64,000 bases of DNA. Origin: Macrostomum hystrix. Lineage: Eukaryota; Animalia; Platyhelminthes. This document shows positions 34,537 to 49,500 of the stretch, piece after piece. A program made the position numbers and the translations under genes. The notes below the pieces were generated by a model. It did not search any database, was not told the DNA's origin, and saw only the letters and a list, made by a program, of their open reading frames with translations. Location: contig CATNEN010000038.1 in assembly GCA_950097015.1 (NCBI GenBank), positions 4,960,001 to 5,024,000 on the forward strand. The letters run 5' to 3'. Positions within the stretch are counted from its first letter, which is position 1; every line of letters begins with the position of its first letter.

Positions 34537-37500
34537 ATGCGTGCAGCCCGCCAGCCGCCACCGCCACTGCCGCCGCTGTCTCTGCCGCTGCCGCCGCTGC
34601 TGCTGCTGCTGCTGCTATTGCTGCCTGTGCCATGCTGTGAGTTACTCGCGTATAGCTGGGGAGGGTTGCTCCTGATGGGGATTAAGTCCTCTGACAGCCT
34701 GTTGACCAGTGCTTGCTATAGTTCTATAGTTCTGAAAGCTGATTGACACATGCACTGTTGCCAGCCAAGAAAAATTTTGGATACCGCAAATTAAACTGCA
34801 GTGAATTTCATTGTCCATTCATGCTTTAAAAAAGTGCCTTGACTCAAAGAAAATGCGGAAACACTGATGAATTCAGATAAATCATGGCCTCTGTCCCTAC
34901 CCGTGTGAGTGCACCTGCCTACTCTCTCCCTACCTATCCATGCACCTGTCTAATCTCTCCCTACCCCTGTCCATGTACCTGTCTAATCTCTCCCTACCCC
35001 TGTCCATGCACCTGTCTAATCTCTCCCTACCCCTGTCCATGTACCTGTCTAATCTCTCCCTACCCCTGTCCATGCACCTGTCTAATCTCTCCCTACCCCT
35101 GTCCATGCACCTGTCTACTCTCTCCCTACCTGTCCATGCACCTGTCTACTCTCTCCCTACCTGTCCATGCACCTGTCTACTCTCTCCCTACCTATCCATG
35201 CACCTGTCTACTCTCTCCCTACCTGTCCATGCACCTGTCTACTCTCTCCCTACCTGTCCATGCACCTGTCTACTCTCTCCCTACCTGTCCATGCACCTGT
35301 CTACTCTCTCCCTACCCCTGTCCATGCACCTGTCTAATCTCTCCCTACCCCTGTCCATGCACCTGTCTACTCTCTCCCTACCTGTCCATGCACCTGTCTA
35401 CTCTCTCCCTACCTGTCCATGCACCTGTCTACTCTCTCCCTACCCCTGTCCATGCACCTGTCTACTCTCTCCCTACCTGTCCATGCACCTGTCTAATCTC
35501 TCCCTACCCCTGTCCATGCACCTGTCTACTCTCTCCCTACCCCTGTCCATGCACCTGTCTATTCTCTCCCTACCTGTCCATGCACCTGTCTACTCTCTCC
35601 CTACCTGTACATGCACCTGTCTACTCTCTCCCTACCTGTACATGCACCTGTCTACTCTCTCCCTACCTGTCCATGCACCTGTCTACTCTCTCCCTACCTG
35701 TACATGCACCTGTCTACTCTCTCCCTACCTGTACATGCACCTGTCTACTCTCTCCCTACCCCTGTACATGCACCTGTCTACTCTCTCCCTACCTGTCCAT
35801 GCACCTGTCTACTCTCTCCCTACCCCTGTACATGCACCTGTCTACTCTCTCCCTACCCCTGTCCATGCACCTGTCTCCTCACTCGATACCTCTGTTATCA
35901 CTGTAACTCATTAGAGCTAATTATTCATTTTAGCCTGGTGACATTGAGATCACTCAACAGTGTGTGTGTGTGTGTGGTGAGAGGCTTAGCTCAGTCTGTC
36001 AGCAGGCGCACCTTAACAATATTTTTGCACTCCTACATCTTCTCATTAACTCCCAACCTGAGCGCTGCACTGATTCCCGGCTTCAGACTAAACTTCAACA
36101 AGCAGATGTCGCCCCTTTTTTGATTAGAACAGGTGTCTGCCCCCGCCCTGTCTCCGTGGCTCCGCACGCTGATTCTAGCATTGTGCTCGTCTCCCTTCCA
36201 TCGCTGTGTCCTGTGTCCTGTGTCCTGTGTCCTGTGTTATCTCTTTCGTGACCGAGTGTGGCCTTACCAACACCCACCCCACACCTCACAAGCGTAAGGC
36301 GCAACAGGCCGCACAAACTAATGAGTTCTAGGCCAGCCGGGCATCAACTCGGCCTCATCCCTGTCTGCTCCTCTACACACTCCGAGTTCCCGTGCATTGC
36401 TGCTGTCCCATTCATTTCGAATCGTGAAACTGCTATGGAAAAGCCGGGAGATCCCGCCTAGCAACTCCCGGTGATTCAGTGGATTAGCCATGAGCACTAT
36501 ATGAGCAGACTACAATTTCAGTTTCCGTTCTCTGTTCGAAAAAAATACTCAAAAAGTAGCTGCAAGACTTGGCCAGCATTTCTCGCTACATAATTTAGCA
36601 AGCCAGGCCATCTACTAAGGTAGTAGCGAGGACTTGGCTTTTACTTTCTCCCGGTTAAAAAAACTGAGAATTGAATCTTTGGCTGGGATTTTTCTTCTGT
36701 CCTAATCCCTTGGGGACTCTTCCAAGTCGGCGGCAGAGTTTGGTGACTTATGGGTCCTCAGGTCGCTGCCGAGCGGTCGGATGATGAATGACCAGGCCTA
36801 GGCTGAGAAATGAGAATATGGAAATATGCCAGGACGATTTATGACTCAAACATTTTGTGCGGAGGGTCTCGATGGGATCTCGATGTGGGTGGGATCAGGG
36901 AACTTGGCCGAGGAAACACGCTGCTGAAGCTCAATAATTTCAACACTCGGGTACCTCACCCAAAAAACTGGTGTTTCATCCACTAGACAAGAAAACAGCA
37001 GCCCTGGGGTGGGGTCAGCGCACCTGCTCCCCATAAACACGGCCTGCCAGCACAGTTTCATGTCAATTCAAATGCAGAGTTATGAAGAGATCAACTAGGA
37101 AAGAGGGAAAAGGCCTCCTTTTGCTGGTTACGTAAGCACTGCTCAGCCTAAAAGCAGCTAGTTCGCCCCCTCAGGGTCAAGTTGGACATTGCCTCGTCAC
37201 CTCTGGTTTTCCTGGAAAGTGTCGACCATTTCGCCGGCCTGAATGGATGAAAAAATGTCGATCAAATTTCTTAACTAAGAATTTCATTCAGACGCAGGAG
37301 AGCAGGGCAGCGGCGATATGAGATTATATTGCTCGGGGGTCTGTTATGTTGGAGTGAAGCTGACAGGTTTAAGTAAATTGGGATTTTTCTGTAGTCTTCC
37401 ATATCCTAACATGTGAAATGTGATTTCAATGGGAATTGTGTGCTTAATCGAGTGCTGAATATGAGGATGATGATGGGATCGGCTGAGATCGATAGATCAT

Positions 37501-40500
37501 GAGACTTCAGGGTGAGGTCATGAGACATCAGGCTATGAGATTTTGAGACCTTAGAGTGAGATCATGACACTTAAAGTGTGGGATTTTGAGACTTCAGGGT
37601 GAGTTTATAAGACTTCATGGTGAGATCGTGAGACTTCGAAGTGAGATCATGAGACTTCAGGGTGAGATCATAAGACTTCAGGGTGAGATCATGAGACTTC
37701 GAAGTGAGATCATGAGACTTCAGGGTGAGATCATAAGACTTCATGGTGAGATCATGAGACTTCATGGTGAGGTCATGAGACTTCATGGTGAGGTCATGAG
37801 ACTTCAGGGTGAGATCACAAGGCTTCAGGTTGAGATCACAATGCTTCAGGGTGAGATCACAAGGCTTCAGGTTGAGATCACAATGCTTCAGGGTGAGAGG
37901 CTTCAGGGTGAGAGGCTTCAGGGTGAGAGGCTTCAGGGTGAGATCATGAGACTTCAGGGGGAGATCATGAGACTTCAGGGTGAGATCGTGAGACTTCATG
38001 ATGAGATCATGAGACTTCAGGGTGAGATCGTGAGACTTCATGATGAGATCATGAGACTTCAGGGTGAGATCGTGAGACTTCAGGGAGGGTTAAATGGACT
38101 TTAGCCTTGAGAAAACTTGCCTGAGACAAAGAGTTGTGAATAGTTTAGCACAGTCAGGTCTCATATGACGCAGCCTATACCAAAAATGAACTCAAGTTGA
38201 ATCCTGCAAGCAGTCATTGTTGATGTGAAACCTGGGTGGCGCTATTATCTGGCTTCGGACTCCTTGGCTAAACAGAGCGGGTGGGCGTGCAGAGACCAGA
38301 CCAGCGGACGAATTAACAGGCGGAAATTGGCCCCCGCTGAAAATCCCCGAGAGTTTTTTTACCTGCAGCGGCATCCCCTTCCCCCGCCTGCTCACAGACC
38401 CGCCCTGAGACTGAATGAGCTCAACGGACCAGGCCCGGATCTACTGGCTGCCCGCCATTGCGGCCATAAACTGCCCGGAATAATGGCGGACCAACCTCTC
38501 CCCCGCTGCAAAACTCCTACACTGAAGACCAGCCTGCCAGCCTGGCATTCATGGCCAATAGCCTATTTCCTATGTCTCAAGTTCGCATTCTGCCCTCCCG
38601 ACTCAAAGCACTTCCCCTCAGTACCTCACCCAGCCTACCGAATAGAGAGAAGCAAGTGCCCCCCCCCTGCTCAAGGATAGGAATCGATTTTCCTCAGGGC
38701 TGAGATTCGAACTCCTGACCTCTCTTAGCACTGGTCCCTCTCATTTTCTACCTCTCCATCTCTCTTCTTTCAACAGACTAACTAAGGTAGAATTCGTGTC
38801 GCTCCCTCCCCCCGACTCTCTCCCTGACTCTCCCCCTGATTTCCCCCCCCGACTCTCCCCTAAGTCTCCCCCTGACTCTCCCCTGACTCTCCCCCTGACT
38901 CTCCCCTAACTCTCCCCTGACTCTCCCCTGACTCTCCCCTGACTCTCCCCCTGACTCTCCCCTGACTCTCCCCCTGACTCTCCCCTAACTCTCCCCTGAC
39001 TCTCCCCTGACTCTCCCCTGACTCTCCCCCTGACTCTCCCCTGACTCTCCCCTGACTCTCCCCTGGAATCTCCCCTGGAATTTTAAAACCCCTTGAAACC
39101 CCCTATCTCTTCTTATTCCATCTTTCTATCTTATATATTTTCGTAATGTATTGAAACAGAATTTTACTGTTCAGTTACAATCTATGTCTTATAGACTTGC
39201 TGTTTCTCCAGTTTCTCTCAAATCTGTCTTTTTCGTCATGCAATTTACGGGGAACATGGCAAGGCCATAAATTGGAAAGTGGCTTAGCAAAAACTTGGCC
39301 GAGAGATTCCGGCTGCTTATCCCATCGCGTAGCAGTTAATCCGCGTCTCCAGTTAATTAATTATTGCGATAATCCCGGATAACTCTGCCATAGACAAGTA
39401 TTCCCGACTCCGTGATTTTGCCTTCCAAATCGAATCGCGAAAACTTTTTAAGGCCACTCTCGATGTGACACTGCTTTCACTCACTCTATCAGCTGCGCAG
39501 TTGTTGTCCCACATTTCTGCCGCGTGTGTCTCTGGGAGCAATTTGACGGCCCGCCTCCCGTCTCTTAGGCAGGAAGCGGTGCGCACGGCTGGCTGAAAAG
39601 CACCAAAGGAAGCTGGCTTAACAAAGATTGGATGAAGGATTTGAAAATAAGATGCGGCACTGTGGCGCCTGTAGCCTCAACTGCCTGCTTTTCTTTTCTC
39701 CTCGGTAGTTCTGACAGCCGACGCTCCATCAAGTTCTGGAAATTGGAAACTTTGCCAATTCAACCCCAGATCTTAATTTGAAATGGAAGGTCACATCACA
39801 GCTAGTCGGGTCACTTGGTAGAGGCATTTTGAGCTGGGCTCTGTGCTCAAGCAAAGATTTCTGTTGTTTCTTTTAGCCCGCAAAAGCAGTTTACTGAGGT
39901 GCTGATTGGCAATTTTTTTTTGGCTGAATTCTCAGCGACAGTCTGGAGTCTGGAGGTAACCAGGGTTGGCGACTTCCTCTCGTCTGATTACCCGCTTCAT
40001 TATCTAGGGAATTATCACCAGCCCCACAGCTTGCGGTGCCGCGATGAGCGATTCTATTTGGTTGCCCCCGTCTGGCCCCTCAATTTTATTTTCTGATCCA
40101 GATTTTGAGTCTGTCTGCTGGATCATGATGATCTGATTAACTGTTGCCATGCTGTCCAGTTTTATTCTGTCTCGTTTGACGGAAGGGTAGAAGGGACAGT
40201 AGAATAGGAAGGCAGATGGGATGGGAGGGGAGAAGAGAGGAGGGGAAAACAAAGAATGGAAGAAAGGAGGGGTGAGAACGAAGAGACAGGAAGAACGGAG
40301 AAGCCATGATAGATGATCATGGCTTCATAATCTTGAAGTTTTACAGCTGATCTTATTAGACAATTTCCCCCAAAAAGGCTTCATTATTTTTTGTTGTTTT
40401 GTGTTGCGCCTTGCAGACCCGCTGACCAGCGCCTGCTCGCCGCATCCATGCACGGACGCCAACCTGGATGGCCGCTTCACTCGCGAGGTCGGCGACTCCG

Positions 40501-43500
40501 TCACAATGCGCTGCCGGTTCGCCGGCCTGAGCCAGCAGAATGTGAGCTGAATTCATTCAGAAACTTCAGAAGCTAACTGCCAATCTGTCAATCATCTTTG
40601 TCAATCTCAGTTTGACGTCAATCTCAAGCAGTTTTACGTCAACCCCCCAGTTTAACGTCAATCTCACCCAGTTTTACGCCAGTCTCCCCCATATTTACGT
40701 CAATCTCACCTTGTTCTGCGTCAATCTAATCTAAACCAAAATCAATCTCCCCCATATTTACGTCAATCTCACCTTGTTCTACGTCAATCTCATCCAAACC
40801 TACATGAATCTCACTGCGTCAATGCAGAACCAGTCATCTGTGTTTTCTGTGTACCTCTAAACTGGAAAAAGCCACAACACTGTAAGCTGGATGGCATCAC
40901 TGAGTTCGGAACATCATTAATTAGATAATTTTGTGATTTCCGTTTGATTAAACATCATCGATTCGCCCGGTTTCATTATATAGGGCTCTGCAATGCCAGC
41001 TTTGCATTCTCGTATTTCCTGAGCTCATGCTCAGACCATTATCGGAGCCTTTATTAGTGGGGAAAGTGCGAGAAACTGGACAGTTTGTGCGTGCGTGTGC
41101 GTGTTATCCCTATTGATCGGAAACACTGAACAGGATCTAGCTGGGGAGATACCAATGATACAACATTTACAAGTGTCCTCATTGTACATAACTCATTGTA
41201 TCTAGCCTCCTTACCTGTCTTCATCTACCGATCTTCCTTTGAGAACTGCACTGTATTCCGCCGCCACCCGATGTCATATTTCACTCCAGGTTGCTGCTAG
41301 TTTAAAAGTTCCTCCAAGCCATTGTTCATCGGTAAATTGTCCCTCTTCCCATTTCTCGCAGTCTGCAAATTTATACTTCTGTTCGTGGACACTCTGCGGT
41401 CATAAAACTTCTGCACTATCTACTTCTCTGTCTCTCTCGTTCATCTCTGGTAGATTTTATTCCGATCTCTAACACCCCAGATTCCTATCTGCCAACAAGC
41501 CAGCGCATGTCATTTTATTACCTCTTAATCCAACCAAGAATGTTTTCTCCTCATAATAGCAAGGTGAGTTCTAGAGAGTCTAATTTATTAGCCCCCTGAG
41601 CTCGAACCCACGACCTTGACGGCCAACCTCGAAGGTACAGTAAGTACCGCGTGAGATTGATAAATAAATGGGTGAGATTGATGTAGAACTGAGTGAGATT
41701 TATGTATAACTGGGGGAGAGTGATGTAGAACTGGGGAGAGTGATGTAGAACTGGGGAGAGTGATGTAGAACTGAGTGAGATTTATGTAGAGCTGGGTGAG
41801 ATTGATGTAGAACTGAGTGAGATTTATGTAGAGCTGGGTGAGATTGATGTAGAACTGAGTGAGATTTATGTAGAGCTGGGTGAGATTGATGTAGAACTGA
41901 GTGAGATTTATGTAGAGCTGGGTGAGATTGATGTAGAACTGAGTGAGATTGGTGTATAACTGGAAAAGAGAGATGTAGAATAGGATACGATTGATGTAGA
42001 ACTGGGTGAGATATATGTAGAACTGGGTGAGATTGATGTAGAACTGAGTGAGATTTATGTAGAGCTGGGTGAGATTGATGTAGAACTGAGTGAGATTTAT
42101 GTAGAGCTGGGTGAGATTGATGTAGAACTGAGTGAGATTTATGTAGAGCTGGGTGAGATTGATGTAGAACTGAGTGAGATTTATGTAGAGCTGGGTGAGA
42201 TTGATGTAGAACTGAGTGAGATTGGTGTATAACTGGAAAAGAGAGATGTAGAATAGGATACGATTGATGTAGAACTGGGTGAGATATATGTAGAACTGGG
42301 TGAGATTGATGTAGAACTGGGGGAGATTGATGTAGAACTGGGTGAGATTGATGTAGAACTGAGTGAAATAGATGTAGAACTGAGTGAAATAGATGTAGAA
42401 CTGAGTGAAATAGATGTAGAACTGAGTGAGATATATGTAGAACTGGGTGAGATTTATGTAGAACTGGGGGAGATTGATGTAGAACTGGGGGAGAGTGATG
42501 TAGAACTGGGGGAGAGTGGTGTAGAACTGGGTGAGATTTATGTAGAACTGGGGGAGAGTGATGTAGAACTGAGTGAGATTTATGTAGAGCTGGGTGAGAT
42601 TGATGTAGAACTGAGTGAGATTTATGTAGAGCTGGGTGAGATTGATGTAGAACTGAGTGAGATTTATGTAGAGCTGGGTGAGATTGATGTAGAACTGAGT
42701 GAGATTGGTGTATAACTGGAAAAGAGAGATGTAGAATAGGATACGATTGATGTAGAACTGGGTGAGATATATGTAGAACTGGGTGAGATTGATGTAGAAC
42801 TGGGGGAGATTGATGTAGAACTGGGTGAGATTGATGTAGAACTGAGTGAAATAGTTGTAGAACTGAGTGAAATAGATGTAGAACTGAGTGAGATATATGT
42901 AGAACTGGGGGAGATTGATGTAGAACTTGGGGAGAGTGATGTAGAACTGGGGGAGAGAGATGTAGAACTGAGTGAGATTTATGTAGAACTGGGTGAGATT
43001 GATGTAGGACTGGGGGTGATTGATGTAGAACTGGGGGAGAGTGATGTAGAACTGAGTGAGATTTATGTAGAGCTGGGTGAGATTTATGTAGAACTGAGTG
43101 AGATTGATGTAGAACTGGGGGAGAGAGATGTAGAACTGAGTGAGATTTATGTAGAACTGGGTGAGATTGATGTAGGACTGGGGGTGAGTGATGTAGAACT
43201 GAGTGAGATTTATGTAGAGCTGGGTGAGATTTATGTAGAACTGAGTGAGATTGATGTAGAACTGGGGGTGAGAGATGTAGAACTGAGTGAGATTTATGTA
43301 GAACTGGGTGAGATTGATGTAGGACTGGGGGTGAGTGATGTAGAACTGAGTGAGATTTATGTAGAGCTGGGTGAGATTTATGTAGAACTGAGTGAGATTG
43401 ATGTAGAACTGGGGGTGATTGGTGTAGAATAGGATAAGATTCATGACCGCTCTGTTTGGCCATGAGTTTGATGATCTCAGGTTGTCCACGAACAGCACTA

Positions 43501-46500
43501 TAAATTTGCATACTGCGAGAAATGGGAAGGATATCAATGAATTACTCTGAAGATTCTTAATTTTATCAAATTCTATTCCACATTCCACACGTGGTACAAT
43601 CTTCTCTCTCTCATAGAAAACGGATTCTGAGTCAAAAGCAGAAACGGAAAAGGCAAATCAGAGTAAATGGAATTGCGTAATAAGGTCACGCGATGGACGA
43701 TATGAGTCCACTGTGTAAAAGGAGGACTGGCAATAGTGAGTCGTTTTATTTCGCATCTTTCGGCCGTTTCTTTTCATTAGTTAGTAACAACTGCCAACTG
43801 TAGGCACGCGCCACAAAATGGGTGAGTTCACCGTCCCCTATATTAAATGGCGTGTAGTTACTATACCTGTGCTCTGAGCCGGGTGAGTTGCCCTGGCTAT
43901 TAATTAATTCTTTTGCCTGCGTGCCTGCCTGGAAAAATGTAGGTACTGCCATGTGTTTGCAATGCTCACGCAACAAATAGACTGGGCTGCAGAGTGCATT
44001 GTGTTCGGGCGAACTAAAGGCATTGCTGCATGATTGCTGTTAGCAAGAATAATTCACACTATTATCCTCATTGCTTTTACAATTTGCGCAACAAATTTAT
44101 TGCCTGGATACCAAAAAATGATTTAGAGGGCGAGTGGCAGAGTGGTCTAATTCTCGCACCAAGGTCCCTAAGTTCAAATCCGCGGCGAGGCCACATTCAT
44201 TTGGGGCGCAGCCGCGGAGAGACGGCTTGGGGGCTTGTCGTGCAATTTACGCCATTGAGGGCCAACCTCCAAGGCACAGTCAGAGTACACACTGCCTGAC
44301 GATGAGAAAGTCAGGGCAGATGTACACACCTGTGTGAGAGTGTGCCTGGTGAGATACTGAATGTTTTGAAGTAGGAACTGGTAAGACACAGAATTGAAGG
44401 TTTCATGAATAGGTGAGACACAGAATTGAAGGTTTCAAGAATAGGTGAGACACAGAATGGAAGGTTTCATGAATAGGTGAGACACAGAATTGAAGGTTTC
44501 ATGAATAGGTGAGACACAGAATTGAAGGTTTCATGAATAGGTGAGACACAGAATTGAAGGTTTCATGAATAGGTGAGGCATAGAATTGAAGGTTTCAGGA
44601 ATATGTGAGACACAGAATTGAAGGTTTCAGGAATATGTGAGACACAGAATTGAAGGTTTCAGGAATATGTGAGACACAGAATTGAAGGTTTCATGAATAG
44701 GTGAGACACAGAATTGAAGGTTTCAGGAATAGGTGAGGCACAGAATTGAAGGTTTCATGAATAGGTGAGACATAGAATTGAAGGTTTCATGAATAGGTGA
44801 GGCATAGAATTGAAGGTTTCAGGAATAGGTGAGACACAGAATTGAAGGTTTCAGGAATAGGTGAGACACAGAATTGAAGGTTTCAGGAATAGGTGAGGCA
44901 CAGAATTGAAGGTTTCAGGAATATGTGAGACACAGAATTGAAGGTTTCATGAATATGTGAGACACAGAATTGAAGGTTTCAGGAATAGGTGAGACATATA
45001 GAATTGAAGGTTTCATGAATAGGTGAGGCATAGAATTGAAGGTTTCAGGAATAGGTGAGACACAGAATTGAAGGTTTCAGGAATAGGTGAGACACAGAAT
45101 TGAAGGTTTCAGGAATAGGTGAGACATATAGAATTGAAGGTTTCATGAATAGGTGAGGCATAGAATTGAAGGTTTCAGGAATAGGTGAGACACAGAATTG
45201 AAGGTTTCAGGAATAGGTGAGACACAGAATTGAAGGTTTCAGGAATAGGTGAGGCACAGAATTGAAGGTTTCAGGAATATGTGAGACACAGAATTGAAGG
45301 TTTCAGGAATAGGTGAGGCACAGAATTGAAGGTTTCAGGAATAGGTGAGGCACAGAATTGAAGGTTTCAGGAATATGTGAGACACAGAATTGAAGGTTTC
45401 AGGAATAGGTGAGACACAGAATTGAAGGTTTCAGGAATAGGTGAGGCACAGAATTGAAGGTTTCAGGAATAGGTGAGGCATAGAATTGAAGGTTTCAGGA
45501 ATATGTGAGACACATAACTAAATATTTCAGGAATAGGTGAGAAAATGATCTAATGCAAACGGAATAGTAATAAATTAGTGAACCAAGCCACACGCATCAT
45601 AAATTTTAAGCAGAAAGTTTTCTCTTCAGTTGGAAAAAAATGTGAACGAGTTGGAAAGGTCGACAATATTCTGACCTAGCCTGACCATGTCACAGTCAGT
45701 TTCACAGCCTGTTGACTCCACACCCTTTCAATTCTTGTTCTGTCTGCCTTAGTCGGCCTTGGTGTCTCTTTTGTTTGATTTTGTCTCCAGCCGGACGGGA
45801 TCACAATGTCTTCCTGAAGATTACGCAATAGTCTGACAGGCTTTATGGGGACTAACGCCCCTTTTCTTGGGAATGGAAAATGGTCTTAGGGGGACAGTTG
45901 CTGCGACTGGCAAAGTGTTGAACCTCTGCCAGCTCTGACTCAAGGTCAGCCACTTTCTCTGTCACTGCTCAGTTCTTTGATTTTGCCTGACAGCACAGCC
46001 ATCTGTCGCAAAGTTTTCTTCAGTTCTGCAGGCCGCACAGGCTTGCATTTCGTGCATCTAATTGTTTGAATAACGGCAACTTAGGCTCTTGGCACAGCCG
46101 AAATAGCACGAAAGCCAGATAAACAAAGTTGGATTTAACTACTGACCTACATGACCAGTAGGTTAACAATGCAGTGCTGCAGGATCCGCAGCCAGCGAGG
46201 AGGCATTTCTGCCCATTCAACTGACTCCTGAGCACACAGATGCCGTATGCAGTCATTCGCTCACACAGGTGTGTACATTTGCCCTGAACTTCTCATCGTC
46301 AGGCAGTGTACACTGTGCCTTGAAGGTCGTCCTTCAAGGGCGTAAATTGCACGACAAGCCCTTCAAGCCTTCTCTCCACGGCTGCGCCCCAACTAAATAT
46401 GACGTTGCAGCGGAATCGAGCTCAGGGACCTTGGTGCGAGAGGCAAATGCTTTAACCGCTCTGCCACTCACCCCCAACACTGCGTTCAGTACTTGCCACA

Positions 46501-49500
46501 ATATGACTCCCTCAAATCCTGGATAGTGACTGCAATGACCCCTTTAAATCCTGGATTGGGACTGCTATGACTCCCTCAAATCCTGGAATGGGACTGCTAT
46601 GACCCCTAAATCCTGGATAGTGACTGCTATGACTCCCTCAAATCCTGGATTGGGACTGCTATGACCGCTAAATCCTGGATAGTGACTGCTATGACTCCCT
46701 CAAATCCTGGATTGGGACTGCTATGACCCCTAAATCCTGGATAGTGACTGCTATGACTCCCTCAAATCCGGGATAGTGACTGCTATGACCCCCTCAAATC
46801 CTGGATAGTGACTACTATGACCCCCTCAAATCCTGGATCTGGGCTCTATCGAAGGTGCCCTCTTATATGGCCGCCACTCCTCTCTCTAGTGTGTCAGCCC
46901 TGACCCCCACTCGATCTCACTAGCCTATGAGCTGAATTATGAGCACAATAGGACAACTGCTCACCTTATTGCATCTGTGGCACACTGGTAGTTTTGGTAC
47001 TACTCTGGTAGTTTTTAATCTTGCAACAGGTGCTTTGCTAATGCCTCTGTACTTCAAACAAAAGCTGCTGCTGCATTGGACACTGCATTGTGTCAGCTTA
47101 AAGGCAAACAGAAATGTAAAAGTGTCAATAAATTTTGTCTGAGTATTCAGTAGATTTCATTTTTCCCGGCTGAAACCATTTTTACGATATTTGCTTCGCT
47201 GCTGTCGCTAACAGAATGATGAAGTCGCTAAACATTCGCTTTATTGAAACCATTGCTAGGTTGCTATGCGTTCTGTGCTGGTATTGTCAACACAGACCTA
47301 TACTCAGCTCAGCAGATCAGCTTAGTTGCTGGGGCAGGACTTCTCCCGGCTAAACAGAAACTCTATAGGCTGCCCATAAACAGGCTCATCTGCTCTGCGA
47401 GTTAGGCCTAGCAATAGTACTTCTTTCGGTTCCAAAAATGCGGGAGTTATAAACCAAACTTCTCTTCGATTCCTATCAATTTTCAATCATTCAAGCTGAC
47501 AGCGCCAGCGACTACAAGGGCCCGGCTGACTCCGGCCGCCTTAATGAATTGTACATCTGCACTCCCTGGGGAGGCTGATTGCTGCCTGGCCCAACAAGAA
47601 TCTCATTCCCAAACAGCGGGTCCTCCTACCGGCCCACAACTTCGCTTGGGTGCCACTGCCAGCGCGACTTTCTGACCCTGGCGGCTCGGGAGAGTCCGCT
47701 TGGCCGTTCCTCTTCCTCTCCTCTGTTCTCCTCTTTCAATTCAAGCGCTGATTGCGCCTACCAAGACTGCCTGTTGGCCTCAGAAGGCTTCTTTGGCCTC
47801 TAGCTTTTGACTTGCCTGACTTGTGTGTGGAAATTCGAAGTCGTCTTGATTAGCATTTTTCATCACCCCAGTCCTCACAGAGTGTGCGTGCGCTCTCATA
47901 ACATTCTTTACCTTGTTCGTCTGTTTTAGCTAAAAAATAATTGCCCATGTACTTAAAGTGGACTCGATGCTTCTTCTAGACGCAATGCCAACGATCATAT
48001 CGTCACTACAATTCTCATTGGCTTACTATTACAAGCTGTATGATACAAAAAGGGCGCTAGTCACCCCGTGACGTTTTCTCAGGGACGTTTTCTTAGTAAA
48101 GTTTTCTCAGTGACGTTTTCTCAGTGACGTTTTCTCAGTGACGTTTTCTCAGTGACGTTTTCTTAGTAAAGTTTTCTCAGTGACGTTTTCTCAGTGATGT
48201 TTCTCAGCGACGTTTTCTCAGTAACGTTTTCTCAGTAACGTTTTCTCAGTGACGTTTTCCCAGTGACGTTTTCCCAGTGACGTTTCTCAGCGACGTTTTC
48301 TCAGTGACGTTTTCCCAGTGACGTTTTCTCAGTGACGTTTTCCCAGTGACGTTTTCTCAGTGACGTTTTCTCAGTGACGTTTTCCCAGTGACGTTTTCTC
48401 AGTGACGTTTTCTCAGTGACGTTTTCTCAGTGACGTTTTCCCAGTGACGTTTTCTCAGTAACGTTTTCTCAGTGACGTTTTCCCAGTGACGTTTTCCCAG
48501 TGACGTTTCTCAGCGACGTTTTCTCAGTGACGTTTTCCCAGTGACGTTTTCTTAGTGACGTTTTCTTAGTGACGTTTTCCCAGTGACGTTTTCTCAGTGA
48601 CGTTTTCCCAGTGACGTTTTCTTAGTGACGTTTTACCGGTGACGATGCCTGGTGACGTTTGTCTTGTAAATTTTTTTCGGTGACGCTTTCTGAGCGAAGT
48701 TTAAAACCCCATATTTTAAAACCACGAAGAGCACATGAGAAGAATCATCGAGACTAATTTATTTTTTATAGCTAAGCAACTGTCACTGACTTTCTTCGAA
48801 ATGAAATCATTCGCTCCTCACACTTTATATTCCACACAGGGGTGGGGGCACAGCGACTTGGTAGGTCCAAAACCGGGTCAATTCGTGCCAAATCGGCCCT
48901 CGTAACCGACAGCTGCAGAGAATTGGAGTGCTGACAACTGTGCTCTAAATATTTCACCTCGCCTGGTCGTCTCTCGGACGAGCCCAGTTTAGGGCACAGG
49001 GGACACGGGATCAGAGTGAGGAGGCAGTAGGCAGAGGGATCCAAAACGGAATATCTTATTAGGCATTAGGAGCCAGTGACTGTGGCTTGCAGTTTTTTTC
49101 ATCAGCTTAGCAACTGCAGACAGCTAGGCTATTCTCCCAGCTTGGCCCTTTTCGCCAAGGGTTTTTTACGAGCCACTTAATTTTGCTGCACTGCATTTTG
49201 CACCGCCGTGTTTGGGGTGGCGGGGCGGCAGCCGGAGCACATTCTTTATGATCTCGGTTGTGGGGTGAAGGCTGGGAAGGTCGTTTGCGACTTCCCACCG
49301 CTTTTTATTTATTTGTTTAATTTATTGCCGCGATGACAAAACAGGCGGATACAATACAGATACAATATGCTAGTTCAACTTGGGGCAGCGTAGCTTTCAT
49401 GTCGGGATTTCTTGGTGGTTTAATAAACTGCATATTTTTATTATAGATAATTTTAGCCCTCTCTCCTCTCAGGCTCTAGCCTTCACGCCTTCTCGCCTTC

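Noticed and set aside
41588-43588. 666-aa and 603-aa ORFs (also those at 24.1-24.6, 30.5-32.3, 33.0-33.9, 34.9-35.9, 37.6-38.1, 50.1-51.4 and 60.3-60.6 kb)
   Set aside because: Stop-free translations of minisatellites, open in several frames or strands, mostly intronic.
44292-44320. Hammerhead ribozyme (ctgacga...gaaa) in SINE A
   Set aside because: There is no stem II between the boxes; the segment forms a simple hairpin.
44385-45542. 32-bp repeats as a CRISPR array
   Set aside because: Units are contiguous with no unique spacers, the context is a eukaryotic intron and there are no cas genes.
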